From positions 2,660 through 66,659 of the forward strand of contig DATEDU010000396.1 of NCBI GenBank assembly GCA_035281525.1: a DNA stretch of 64,000 nt, in the 5' to 3' direction. Shown one piece after another: positions 35,714 through 45,571 of the stretch. Within the stretch, counting starts at the first letter, position 1, and every line of letters begins with the position of its first letter. Under the pieces are notes generated by a model. The model did no database searches, was not told the origin of the DNA, and saw only the letters and a list, made by a program, of their open reading frames with translations. This DNA comes from Pyrinomonadaceae bacterium (GTDB lineage Bacteria > Acidobacteriota > Blastocatellia > Pyrinomonadales > Pyrinomonadaceae). Made by a program: the position numbers and the translations under genes.

Positions 35714-37114
35714 CTAACGCACCACGTCGACTCGATCGCCGGGCTGCAATCGTGGATCTTGGACCTTGCCTCGTTTGATGTCTTTGAGTCGGAAGGTCAA
35801 GGTCGTCAGACGCGCATCCGCACCTTCGCGGGACAACTCGATAACCCGATCGCTGTCACCCATCAAGCCGCCAGCAGCGAGAATAGCCTGCACCAGCGTA
35901 ATCCCAGGTTGAAATACCTTTTGTCCCGGATAGTTGATGCGCCCGCCGATGTAGTAATACTCCTGAGGTCGCGCGGTGACGTTAATTACGTCGCCGGACT
36001 TCACGAGCACGTTCAGTGCGTTCTGATCGTCGAGACCGATTATGCGGTTGGCTGCACCGGTGCGCATGATTGTTATCCTGCTTGCGTCGTTTCGCACCTG
36101 CGCTTCAGCCATGACGACGTAAAGAGGAACGGCTTCTCGCCGCAGAAACTTGGCCCCGGGATGAGTAACCAGGCCAGTGACCATAACCGAGTGGCTGGCG
36201 TATTGCCGCACTCCGACTGAGACACGCGCCCCTTCTTCAACTGCACGACGCTTCAATTCTGCGCCAATGCGAGCTTGTATCTCATCGGTAGTCAACCCTG
36301 CGACCACGATTGGCCCACCGGCTACTGTCAGATCGATCAAGCCGCCATCCACAACTGTGTAAAGAGTCGACCTCGGCGTCGTGGAATTCAGGAGACGAAT
36401 GTCGAGTACGTCTCCGACACCGACTCGATAGATCATAGACAAGGACGTATCTTCGCTGACAGACGATGTGACAGCCTTGTTAGAGCTTGCTGAATTGTTG
36501 GACGGCTCCAGTATGCGTGTTGCGACACCTTTCGCAGGAGTCGGCCAATTGGAGGCGTCGAGACTTTGAACGGCGCCAGTTTGCGTGTTTTCTTGCTTGA
36601 TAATCTGATCAAGCCTTGCAGCCAACTGCGAGTCGAGTTTCAGGAGTTTGTTGTGGGCGTCCACCGATTGGCTCTTCCGTCCCAATACGTACGCAATGAC
36701 GCCGAGACGGTACTGTGCTTCAGGCCATTCTGCTTTCAGCCGAGTCGCGCGCTTGAACGCGTCGAAAGAGTCCTTATACGATCTCGATTTGGCATAGGTC
36801 ATACCTAGCATGTAGTGAATCTGAGGATCGTCAGGCGTGATTTTTCCCGCAGCTTTGAACGCTCCCACCGCGTCGTCAAGTTTGCCACCCTCGTAAGCAA
36901 GTACTCCTGAATCGTAAAACTTTCGAGCGGCAAGACTCTCATTCGACGATGTTCGATCTGAGCCGGGCTCGTCGAGGTCCGCACTTTTCTGCACGCTGGC
37001 ACTTGTCGATCTTGATTTGGCAAGTTCCTTCAGGTTTTGGGCGGTTCCGCCCTGCGCGAGAACGATGCTGAGGGACGAAAAGAAAACGAATGCGGCGGAA
37101 AAAAACGGTTTCAT
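35714..37114 (-). CDS. Polysaccharide export protein (Wza/Poly_export + SLBB domains) with N-terminal TPR region
   Basis: Signal peptide and TPR-like YMLGMTYAKSRSYKDSFDAFKRA. Poly_export motif YRVGVGDVLDIRLL. SLBB-like GDVINVTARPQEYYYIGGRINYPG. Confidence 0.8.
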   Translation of the reverse strand: MKPFFSAAFVFFSSLSIVLAQGGTAQNLKELAKSRSTSASVQKSADLDEPGSDRTSSNESLAARKFYDSGVLAYEGGKLDDAVGAFKAAGKITPDDPQIHYMLGMTYAKSRSYKDSFDAFKRATRLKAEWPEAQYRLGVIAYVLGRKSQSVDAHNKLLKLDSQLAARLDQIIKQENTQTGAVQSLDASNWPTPAKGVATRILEPSNNSASSNKAVTSSVSEDTSLSMIYRVGVGDVLDIRLLNSTTPRSTLYTVVDGGLIDLTVAGGPIVVAGLTTDEIQARIGAELKRRAVEEGARVSVGVRQYASHSVMVTGLVTHPGAKFLRREAVPLYVVMAEAQVRNDASRITIMRTGAANRIIGLDDQNALNVLVKSGDVINVTARPQEYYYIGGRINYPGQKVFQPGITLVQAILAAGGLMGDSDRVIELSREGADARLTTLTFRLKDIKRGKVQDPRLQPGDRVDVVR

Positions 37115-37140
37115 AGGGGTTGCCTGACTAACGACTCTTG

Positions 37141-37212
37141 CTCGGTTCAGGGATGCGTTGTTGCGGAAGCTCCTTACTCGGTCCAGGGATGCGTTGTTGC
37201 GGAAGCTTCTTG
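37141..37212. repeat. Tandem direct repeat, 2 x 36 nt (plus partial third unit)
   Basis: ctcggttcagggatgcgttgttgcggaagctcctta / ctcggtccagggatgcgttgttgcggaagcttcttg / ctcggg. It lies in the divergent region between 37114 (-) and 37354 (+). Confidence 0.9.
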
Positions 37213-37353
37213 CTCGGGCAAATTATACACAAGTTTTCTTAAACGTTAAGCTCTGTCAATGCTACCGGCGCCGTCGAGAATATGGGCGTAGTGCGCCAGT
37301 CTGAGTACTCAAATCATTAATGGACTACGTTTTCCGGGATCCCCTTTGTTATA

Positions 37354-38709
37354 GTGCCTTCGATGTACGAGTTCGCTGTTGCTCCCGCCGTCACCCAACT
37401 CCGGCGTCGGGGAGCAGAAATCACCGAAGTAGTCCCCGCCAGTATCGGCGCCGAACTGGAACTGGAACCCGGCGACCGGATCATTAAGGTAAACGGCGAG
37501 CTAGTCCGTGACTATCTCGACTTTCGCTTCAAGACGGCCGGTGAAACCTCTCTCATCGTTGAAGTTCGTCGCCGCAGTGGTGAAGATTGGGAACTACAGG
37601 TCGAGCGCGATGAGAGCGAAGACTTCGGTCTCAGCTTCGAGCAAATCGTACCGCGCCAATGTGCGAATGAATGCATCTTTTGCTTCTGCAAAGGCAATCC
37701 GGCCGATGCTCGGCCATCACTCTTCATACGCGACGAAGATATCCGGCTTTCTTTCCTTTACGGGAACTACACCACATTAACATCGATTACCGAGGACGAA
37801 ATAAATCGGATCATTGAGCAACGCCTGTCACCGCAATATGTCTCAGTTCACGCGACAGATCTGGACGTGCGTGCTTACCTGCTTGGAATAGAAAAAGAGC
37901 GGGCCAACATCCAACCTCAGTTGTCTCGTTTACTTGATGCAGGTATAGAGATTCACGCTCAAGTCGTGCTGTGCCCCGGCATTAATGATGCAGCTATTCT
38001 CGAACGAACGATCTTTGATCTGGCAGCTGACTTTCCCCGTATTAGCAGTGTCGCGATCGTTCCTCTCGGCCTGACTCGCTACAATAATGATCCGCGTTTG
38101 ACACCGGTGACACTTGAGTTTTGTCGCGAGACGATTCGCCATGTCAACGGATTACAAAAGAAATTACGGCACCGTCTAGGGACAACCTTTGCCTTCTTGG
38201 GAGACGAGATCTATCTGCGTGCAGGTCAATCAGTTCCTGGAAGGACGCATTATGGAACCTATCCGCAGATTGAAGATGGCATAGGGATGGTGCGATCGTT
38301 TCACACGAAGTTTAAAAACAAGTTAGATTCCTGTAGTAGGAATAAATCCGAACATGCTCAGCGAGTGAAGGGAACCGTTTTGACAGGAACTCTTTTTGCT
38401 CCAGTGCTCACTCTCTTGATTGACGAAGTAAATGCGCGGATAGGAACGCAGCTCTCCGTTGAAGCTGTTCCCAATAACTATTTTGGCGGTGATGTTTCTG
38501 TTGCAGGTTTGCTCACCGGTGGAGATTTGTTGTCAGTGCGACCGTCCGTTCGCGGAGACTTTGTTGTGATACCGAAGCAGACACTAAAGAGCGACGACGA
38601 TATCCTGCTCGACGGTATGCGGCTGGAAGAATTACGACACGAATTTGGTTTGCCGGTTTACCCAACTGACATTGACTCGCTATTCTCAATTCTCGCGGGA
38701 CACAATTAA
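37354..38709 (+). CDS. PDZ domain plus radical-SAM-like DUF512 family protein
   Basis: N-terminal PDZ-like AELELEPGDRIIKVNGELV. Cys cluster CANECIFCF (CxxxCxxC). GTG start at 37354, or ATG at 37363. Confidence 0.75.
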   Translation: MPSMYEFAVAPAVTQLRRRGAEITEVVPASIGAELELEPGDRIIKVNGELVRDYLDFRFKTAGETSLIVEVRRRSGEDWELQVERDESEDFGLSFEQIVPRQCANECIFCFCKGNPADARPSLFIRDEDIRLSFLYGNYTTLTSITEDEINRIIEQRLSPQYVSVHATDLDVRAYLLGIEKERANIQPQLSRLLDAGIEIHAQVVLCPGINDAAILERTIFDLAADFPRISSVAIVPLGLTRYNNDPRLTPVTLEFCRETIRHVNGLQKKLRHRLGTTFAFLGDEIYLRAGQSVPGRTHYGTYPQIEDGIGMVRSFHTKFKNKLDSCSRNKSEHAQRVKGTVLTGTLFAPVLTLLIDEVNARIGTQLSVEAVPNNYFGGDVSVAGLLTGGDLLSVRPSVRGDFVVIPKQTLKSDDDILLDGMRLEELRHEFGLPVYPTDIDSLFSILAGHN

Positions 38710-39266
38710 TGTCGAAAAAGATTCTCGACGTTGGTTGCGGTCAGAACAAATATCCGGGCGCAATCGGCATCGACTCAAATCCCAGAACACACGCTGATGT
38801 CATTCACGATCTCAGTCACGTCCCTTACCCTTTCCCGGAAAATGAGTTTGATGAAGTAATCTGCCGGCACGTGATCGAGCACGTTCCCGATGTGATGGGT
38901 TTCATCACCGAGCTTCATCGCATCACGAAACCGGGCGGCGTGATAAAGATCGTCACGCCGCATTACTCAAACCCGGATTGGGCTACTGACCCGACACATC
39001 GAAACCACTTCAATAGTTACTCCTTCAATTGCTTCATGCCCGACCGCACTCCATTTCCCTTCTACACAGACGTGGAACTAAAACCTTTGAGCAGCTACGT
39101 CACCCTCGCGAATCTTTGGCGCGCACTCGGCGTGCAGTTCGTCGTGAATCTCGACCAGCGATGGCCCGCATTTCGGTTTACGAGAAAGTTTTGGGAGTTT
39201 TATCTGAGCACGATTTTTCGCGGCAAGGAACTGCACTTTGAGTTCGAAGTAAGCAAGAATCTCTAG
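38709..39266 (+). CDS. Class I SAM-dependent methyltransferase
   Basis: ILDVGCGQNKYPGAIGID motif I. TAATG overlap with the upstream gene. Confidence 0.75.
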   Translation: MSKKILDVGCGQNKYPGAIGIDSNPRTHADVIHDLSHVPYPFPENEFDEVICRHVIEHVPDVMGFITELHRITKPGGVIKIVTPHYSNPDWATDPTHRNHFNSYSFNCFMPDRTPFPFYTDVELKPLSSYVTLANLWRALGVQFVVNLDQRWPAFRFTRKFWEFYLSTIFRGKELHFEFEVSKNL

Positions 39267-39419
39267 CACCGTTCTTACGATTTTTCGGTGTTCAAAACCT
39301 CGGATAGCATCCGAATTTTTGGTGCTCTTTACCGCATTAGCAACTCTTATCTTCTACTATTCCAACACTTAGTTACCTCCGCATACGGGGCATGAGTCTT
39401 GCTTCTTGGCGGAAGCGCT

Positions 39420-40442
39420 ATGGTGCGCGCCCACCCATACAAGGTCCTAATATCCATAATTCTGAGTTTCCTGGCGTCAGCTTCGCTGGCTCTGGGTCAG
39501 GACCTACCTGAGATTCGCTCGCCTGCTTCCCCCGACAAATCCGCATTGGGAAGTATCCGCGGAAGAGTGGTGACGCCTGAAGGTAACTACGTTGCGTCGA
39601 ACGTAAAAATCACGCTGAGCACTCTGCGAGGTCCCGTCGCGATCATCTATACAGACACTCAAGGTCAATTTGAGTTTCCGGAACTGGCGCCGGGAAGCTA
39701 CCAACTAGAGGTTGAGCCGACTGATAGAGATCAGTTTGATCCGAGTTCCGAAGCGGTGCAGGTTTACCGTGGCATGCCGTCTGTGGTGTCACACACCCTG
39801 AAGGCGAAGCAGGGCGCACCAAAAGCAAACACGCACGGAAAGACGGTATCAGTTAGTGAGCTTGATCCCACGATTCCCAAATCAGCTAGAAAAGAATTTG
39901 AGAAAGCGACTAACGCTTCTCAGAAGGGTGATGCGGACCAAGCGATTTCCCATCTCAGAAAAGCCATTGCGATTTATCCGAACTTCGTAATGGCCCGCAA
40001 CGATCTCGGCGTTCAACTTTTGAGCCAGGGAAAACTCGAGGAAGCTGCTCAAGAGTTGCGGACGGCAATTAGCCTTGATCCGAATTCATTCAATCCCGCA
40101 CTTAATCTCGGCATCGTTCTAGTGCAGCAGCACCAATTTGAAGACGCAGCAACCATTCTCAGAAAAGCATTAGCGCTGGAATCAGGTTCGCCGGCAGCTC
40201 TGCTGTACCTGGGCATCGCTTCAGTGGCTCTGGGAAGATTTGATGAGGCAGAAGGAAGCTTAAAAAAAGCGTACGAGCACGGTGGGCCACATTATGCCTT
40301 AGCAAACTTTCACTTGGGCCAGTTGTACATGAATCAAGGCCAACGCGAGTTGGCACTTAAGTCCTTTCAGCTTTACTTGGCTGACGTTCCCGATGCGGCC
40401 AATTCTGCGCAAGTGCGAAAGCTGATGGCAATCCTGCAGTAA
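39420..40442 (+). CDS. Secreted CarboxypepD_reg domain plus TPR repeat protein
   Basis: The ORF begins at 39399 (TTG); I prefer the ATG at 39420. GSIRGRVVTPEGNYVASNVKITLSTLRG...FEFPELAPGSYQLEV, followed by TPR repeats (AIAIYPNFVMARNDLGVQLLSQGKLEEA...). Confidence 0.8.
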   Translation: MVRAHPYKVLISIILSFLASASLALGQDLPEIRSPASPDKSALGSIRGRVVTPEGNYVASNVKITLSTLRGPVAIIYTDTQGQFEFPELAPGSYQLEVEPTDRDQFDPSSEAVQVYRGMPSVVSHTLKAKQGAPKANTHGKTVSVSELDPTIPKSARKEFEKATNASQKGDADQAISHLRKAIAIYPNFVMARNDLGVQLLSQGKLEEAAQELRTAISLDPNSFNPALNLGIVLVQQHQFEDAATILRKALALESGSPAALLYLGIASVALGRFDEAEGSLKKAYEHGGPHYALANFHLGQLYMNQGQRELALKSFQLYLADVPDAANSAQVRKLMAILQ

Positions 40443-40520
40443 ACGGGGCCCAGAGGTGAACGGATCCCCGTTCATCATGAAGCCCTCTTTTAAATAACAA
40501 CTAACTTTGGAGGCAAAACC

Positions 40521-43500
40521 ATGAGGAGTTCACCCTGGGCGAAGTCGTTTGCACTTTTTGCATATGCGCTATCGCTTATTACGATGACTTTCCTCTTTAG
40601 CGTGCCAGTGATGGCTCAAGCCACCACTGGCACAATAAAGGGTACCGTAGTCGACCCGAACGGCGCCGTAATTGCCGGTGCATCGGTTACGGTAAAAAAT
40701 GAAGCCACCGGAGTTGAAGAAGTGACCACTACCAGTGGGGAAGGAAACTTTACTGTTCCTAACCTGCTTCCGGGCAAATACACGGTAACGGTCGCACCTC
40801 CCTCCGGATTTAGCACGAAAGCTGTCACCGGAGTCGACGTACGCGTCGCCACGGACACGGATATCAAAATTGACTTAGCCGTCGGTTCACCTTCTGAAAC
40901 GGTTACGGTCACGGGTAACACCGAAGAGATCGTTCAAACCAACTCTCAGATCTCCGCCAGCTTCGAGACTCGCAAGGTTGAAGAACTGCCCTCGAATGCT
41001 GCGGGTGGCGGTATCGATACGCTGGCACTGCTGGCTCCCGGCGTCGTGCCCGGCTTTGGCAACGTTAACTCGAACGGTACGACCCTTTCGGTCAACGGAA
41101 ACCGAGCTCGTGCTAATAACTTTACGCTCGATGGGACGGACAACAACGACCTGTCGATTGGCGGACCTAACTTCTTTATTTCGAACCAGGATTCGGTACA
41201 GGAGTTCCAGGTCATCACTAACAATTACTCGGCCCAGTTCGGCCGCAACCAGGGTGCGGTGATCAACATCGTGACCAAGAGCGGTACCAACGAATTCCAC
41301 GGGTCGGTTTTCGAGTTCCATCGTAACTCGAGTGCCCTCGATGCGATGACCAACCAACAACGCGCCGATCCGGGCCGCGACCGCCGCGACAAGTTCGTGA
41401 GCAACGTATTTGGCGGCACGCTCGGTGGGCCGATCATTAGGAACAAGGTCTTTTTCTTCTTTGACACTCAGTTCATCCGGCAGCGGGAGCAGTTTGCGTT
41501 TGCTGCTGGTAACCGTCAAATCACACGCGAGGGTTTGGCAACTCTGGCGGCTAATTTCCCAGGAAACCCAGCCATCGCAGCGCTTGTCAACCAAGGTGTG
41601 GCTACTCTTCAGCCCACTGCGCGTCCGCAAGCAAATACGACGATTGCGTCACTTTGCTTTCCAAGAGATCCGCTGCTGCCTTGCACGGGCGCAAATGCAG
41701 TGGTTGTACCTACTGCCTTCCACGAATATGACTTACCTTTGCCCTTCAATCAAAAAGAGTTCGGCATCCGTGGAGACTTCAGCCCGACCAGCAGGGACAG
41801 CTTCAACGTCAAATACCGTTACCAGGAATCGCCTGAGACGGGTTTTCTAGGCCAATCAAACGGCTTTTTCGGTGACATTCCATTCAAGAGCCGCAACTTT
41901 AACGGCGCTTACACGCGTCAGCTCACACCGCACCTCGTCAATGAGTTCAAAGCGGCCTGGCAGAAGCTTTCAGTCATATTCGGCGGCTGTTCGGGCGAGA
42001 GCGATCCGCTTAAGGGCTGTATACCGCACGCGGACGAGATTGGTAATGCTTTCACCAACATCACTTTCACCGGCATTTCGTCAGCCGGAAACACCATGCA
42101 GTCTCTCGGCCCCGCCACGAATCTGCCGCAAGGCCGTGAAGTGCGCGTGGCACAGTTTGCCGATAGCCTCGCATGGACCACCGGCCAACACTCCATTGTG
42201 TTCGGCGCCGATATCCGTGACCTGGCCAACACCGTGCCATTCCTGCCGAATCTTAATGGTGCGTTCCGATTTGGCGCTCCACCAGTACGACCCTGCGCGC
42301 AAACCGATCCCCCGACTTGCTCACCATTTGCCAGCACGGCTCGCATCGTGGCTAACGCTCCCAGCTTTGTGACTTTGGGTGCCGGTGAGCCCGCTATTAG
42401 TTACAAGGAGCGGGATCAGTTCTACTTTGTCCAGGACGACTGGAAAGTGCGTGACAACCTGACCCTTAATCTTGGCGTACGCTACGAATATACGGGTCAG
42501 CCGATCAACACTCTGCACGAGCTTTCATTAGCCCGTGAGAATGATCCGGCACAGGCGCTCTGGCGACAGAGCTTGCCTATCGAGGCACGGACGTTCCCCA
42601 AGATACCTGCGGATAAGAACAACTGGGCGCCGCGCCTGGGCTTTGCCTGGTCGCCACGTTTGGGAGACGGCGGGTTCTCGCGATTCTTATTTGGCGAGAA
42701 TGACGCTACGGTCATCCGAGGCGGTTTCTCGATAGCTTATGAGCCGGCGTTCTACAACATCCTGCTGAACGTTTCGACTTCAGCTCCGTTAGTGTTTCTA
42801 AACACCATTAACAATAGTTGCACCACGTCTCCTTGCGGAGCCACCACGGACGCAGGTGCGATCAATTTATTGACTTCGCCAACCTTTGGTCTTCCGTCGA
42901 ACCCGACAGGCGACGTGGTGCGCAGCGCTTTGGGCTCGTTCCTACAGCGCGACACCTTCGATCCACGTTGGTTGACCCAGACGGATGTAGGTTCGGATTT
43001 CCACTCGCCTTATTCGAAGCAGTGGTCGTTCGGAATCCAGCGCCAGGTTAACCGAAACAACGTTGCCGAAATTCGGTATGTCGGAAACAGCGGTGTGGAT
43101 CTATTCCAAACCGTCAACGCCAATCCGGACATCCGCAACCTCGTTAACGGCTTTACTCTGTTCGGGGAAACCTTTCCGGGATTTCCGCAGTTGACGAACG
43201 GTGTGACACCGTTAGTCTGCGTGAACAACTCGGCGACACCCGACAATGAGGGTGCCTGCAATGGCCGCATCGTTCCCGGTCGCGGTCTAATCCGCCGCCG
43301 CCAAAACACGGGCAGCTCGAGCTACCATGCTCTACAAACTCGATACAATGGCCGGCTTTCCAACCAATTAACTCTGGGCGCTTCCTATACTTTCAGTAAG
43401 ACAATGGACAACGCCTCTGAGATCTTTGCGTTTGGCGAGAACGCCATCGCGTCCAACCCGTTCGATCTGACTGAGAACGAAAGAGGTCTGTCAGGAAATG

Positions 43501-44243
43501 ACCGCAGGCACGCGTTCTCGTTGAACTTCCTGGAAGACATTCCTTTCTACAAGGATCAGAAAGGATTCGTCGGTCACCTGCTTGGTGGTTGGCAAGTCAA
43601 CGGCACGTATGTGCTTGCCAGTGGCCGTCCATTTACGCCATCGCAGTTCTTCAATAGTCTGGGGCTCCCGACCTATCAAGACTTCCTGTTCGGGGCCACG
43701 TTCTTCGGGTTCGATAACGTTCGCCCGTTCACGGGCAACCCGAATGCGCCCAGAGACTCGGTGGGCATTTCCGATGTCGACGCGTTTATCTTCTTCTCGG
43801 AGTCGTTTGTGCCAAGCCCGACCGGCTTCTACAACCTAGCCGCGCTAAACAACTCGTGTCAGCCCGATGGGACTGGCTGCAATTTCGTGCCAGTCACGAC
43901 GAGTGACGTGCGGTTCATTCTGAACGCTCCTGGCGCCGCAAGGTTCTTCGGGAACCCATTTGGGAATGTGGCCCGAAACAGTGAGCGCGGCCCTGCTTTG
44001 AACCATCTCAACCTCGGCATCTTCAAGAACACTCGTGTCTCGGAGAGTGTCAGGATTCAGTTCAGACTCGAGATGTTCAATGCTCTTAACCATCCGAATC
44101 CAGGATACGGTGTAGCCGGCGAGGACACTCTGCCAGACACATTCGTCGAAGACGCCGGCATTATCGGCAGTAGATTCAACGACAAGAGGGACATGACTCT
44201 CAGCAGTCGTCGTATCCAGCTCGGAATCCGGATTATCTTCTAA
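40521..44243 (+). CDS. TonB-dependent-receptor-like outer-membrane beta-barrel with N-terminal carboxypeptidase-regulatory domain
   Basis: 1240 aa. Signal peptide. TGTIKGTVVDPNGAVIAGASVTVKNEATG...LLPGKYTVTV. Plug-like LSVNGNRARANNFTLDGTDNND. C-terminal barrel ending ...IQLGIRIIF. Confidence 0.85.
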   Translation: MRSSPWAKSFALFAYALSLITMTFLFSVPVMAQATTGTIKGTVVDPNGAVIAGASVTVKNEATGVEEVTTTSGEGNFTVPNLLPGKYTVTVAPPSGFSTKAVTGVDVRVATDTDIKIDLAVGSPSETVTVTGNTEEIVQTNSQISASFETRKVEELPSNAAGGGIDTLALLAPGVVPGFGNVNSNGTTLSVNGNRARANNFTLDGTDNNDLSIGGPNFFISNQDSVQEFQVITNNYSAQFGRNQGAVINIVTKSGTNEFHGSVFEFHRNSSALDAMTNQQRADPGRDRRDKFVSNVFGGTLGGPIIRNKVFFFFDTQFIRQREQFAFAAGNRQITREGLATLAANFPGNPAIAALVNQGVATLQPTARPQANTTIASLCFPRDPLLPCTGANAVVVPTAFHEYDLPLPFNQKEFGIRGDFSPTSRDSFNVKYRYQESPETGFLGQSNGFFGDIPFKSRNFNGAYTRQLTPHLVNEFKAAWQKLSVIFGGCSGESDPLKGCIPHADEIGNAFTNITFTGISSAGNTMQSLGPATNLPQGREVRVAQFADSLAWTTGQHSIVFGADIRDLANTVPFLPNLNGAFRFGAPPVRPCAQTDPPTCSPFASTARIVANAPSFVTLGAGEPAISYKERDQFYFVQDDWKVRDNLTLNLGVRYEYTGQPINTLHELSLARENDPAQALWRQSLPIEARTFPKIPADKNNWAPRLGFAWSPRLGDGGFSRFLFGENDATVIRGGFSIAYEPAFYNILLNVSTSAPLVFLNTINNSCTTSPCGATTDAGAINLLTSPTFGLPSNPTGDVVRSALGSFLQRDTFDPRWLTQTDVGSDFHSPYSKQWSFGIQRQVNRNNVAEIRYVGNSGVDLFQTVNANPDIRNLVNGFTLFGETFPGFPQLTNGVTPLVCVNNSATPDNEGACNGRIVPGRGLIRRRQNTGSSSYHALQTRYNGRLSNQLTLGASYTFSKTMDNASEIFAFGENAIASNPFDLTENERGLSGNDRRHAFSLNFLEDIPFYKDQKGFVGHLLGGWQVNGTYVLASGRPFTPSQFFNSLGLPTYQDFLFGATFFGFDNVRPFTGNPNAPRDSVGISDVDAFIFFSESFVPSPTGFYNLAALNNSCQPDGTGCNFVPVTTSDVRFILNAPGAARFFGNPFGNVARNSERGPALNHLNLGIFKNTRVSESVRIQFRLEMFNALNHPNPGYGVAGEDTLPDTFVEDAGIIGSRFNDKRDMTLSSRRIQLGIRIIF

Positions 44244-44273
44244 TTGAAGCTGCCAAAAGCAGTTTCTTTTCAC

Positions 44274-44305
44274 GGGGAGAGTTCACAAGACTCTCCCCGC
44301 TTTTT
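44274..44305 (+). terminator. Rho-independent terminator
   Basis: ggggagag-N9-ctctcccc followed by gcttttt, 31 nt after the stop at 44243. Confidence 0.75.
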
Positions 44306-44358
44306 GTCTTCACTTCGTTAGGAGTGAGATGTTTCTAGACGGGCAATCTTCCTCCAAT

Positions 44359-44433
44359 TACCGCCGTTCGGAGGAGCGGAATGAAACACGTCGGGTATCC
44401 CTGAAGTTGAATTCCGCTGCTCCGAACGGTGGC
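44359..44433. repeat. 23-bp-stem hairpin (dispersed-repeat-like)
   Basis: Left arm taccgccgttcggaggagcggaat pairs with right arm attccgctgctccgaacggtggc, with a 28-nt loop. Confidence 0.8.
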
Positions 44434-44472
44434 CAACAAATTGATGTTTCAGAGTCTATAAACATCCAACCC

Positions 44473-45531
44473 CTAACGGGTTTTCATAGCAGGATCCTTG
44501 TACAAGTAGCTGCGGCGGGAATGTGTTTTCAATCGAGGTCGGGCAACGTCCACTCTGATTTGTCTTAACGACTCGCCCTTCGTTGCGCGGGCTTTTGGGT
44601 AATACCCTAATGTGTATTGCTGTCGTAGTTCTGAAGCGATGCGTGCGAACAACTTACTTAGGTTCTTCACACTATCCGTATATTCGAATCTTCCGCCTGT
44701 TCGCTCTGCCAATAGTCTGAGGTAAAGAGTGGCTCGTCTGTAAGCCTCACTAGCTGGCTCACCATTCTTCGTCACGTGAGCCACAGCCCCAAATTCTCCC
44801 ATCACTGAGGTCTCCCGTGAGGGGTTGTCTCTGAAATCTGTGTACGTGTGATATTGAACCGGGTAAATCGCTGCATCCAGCTGATGTGCGTCGCGAACCG
44901 TGCCGAGGTAGGTTCCGCGCACGCTGCTCGTGTCGACCCCGTCAGTCAATAACACGATTGCTTTGCGACCACTAATACGACTCAAATGATCGTTGAGAGC
45001 GGTGTCGATCGCATCGTAAAGACTGGTCCCGCCCCCAGTGGTGGTCCGATCTATAGCGGCATGTAACCGTCTTCGATCATTGGTCGCTTCTGTTAACACG
45101 TTGACGCGTTTGTCAAAAGCGATTACGAGCATGCGATCAGTGGTGCCGAGTTGATTAATGAACGCGTTGGCTGCGGCTTGGATCTGCTGGAGCTTGAACT
45201 GGGTTGAATCGCTCACGTCGAGTAGGAGAGCGATCGTGAGAGACGACTCGGTTGATTCCGGTGCAGTTTTCGATGGGTCGGGAGCTTCGAAAAAGACGAT
45301 CGTTTGTTCCACACCGTCCTCAAACAAACGAAAGTCTTCGCGATGCAAGTCGGAAACGGATTTTCCGTGCCGATCTTTTACGGTAACGGGTACCGTAACC
45401 AGGTTGGTGATGACTCTGATGACATCGTCGGCCGGATCTTGCTGCTGATTTGCGGGACTTTCTTGAGCCTGCGTTTCAAGCGCTAAAACGCCGGCGAGCA
45501 GGAACCACGAAATCACACGAAACGAGAGCAC
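44473..45531 (-). CDS. VWA domain protein (VWFA-related acidobacterial type)
   Basis: Signal peptide. N-terminal IRVITNLVTVPVTVKDRHGKSVSDLHREDFRLFEDGVEQTIVFFE. VWA MIDAS-like LLLDVSDST. Confidence 0.85.
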   Translation of the reverse strand: MLSFRVISWFLLAGVLALETQAQESPANQQQDPADDVIRVITNLVTVPVTVKDRHGKSVSDLHREDFRLFEDGVEQTIVFFEAPDPSKTAPESTESSLTIALLLDVSDSTQFKLQQIQAAANAFINQLGTTDRMLVIAFDKRVNVLTEATNDRRRLHAAIDRTTTGGGTSLYDAIDTALNDHLSRISGRKAIVLLTDGVDTSSVRGTYLGTVRDAHQLDAAIYPVQYHTYTDFRDNPSRETSVMGEFGAVAHVTKNGEPASEAYRRATLYLRLLAERTGGRFEYTDSVKNLSKLFARIASELRQQYTLGYYPKARATKGESLRQIRVDVARPRLKTHSRRSYLYKDPAMKTR

Positions 45532-45571
45532 GAAATCACACTAAAAGAAATCACGCAGTCACGCTAACCAA

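Noticed and set aside
44329-44568. 79-aa plus-strand ORF
   Set aside because: It runs through the 23-bp-stem hairpin and into the 3' end of the convergent VWA gene, with no RBS. It is a translation artefact of repeat DNA.
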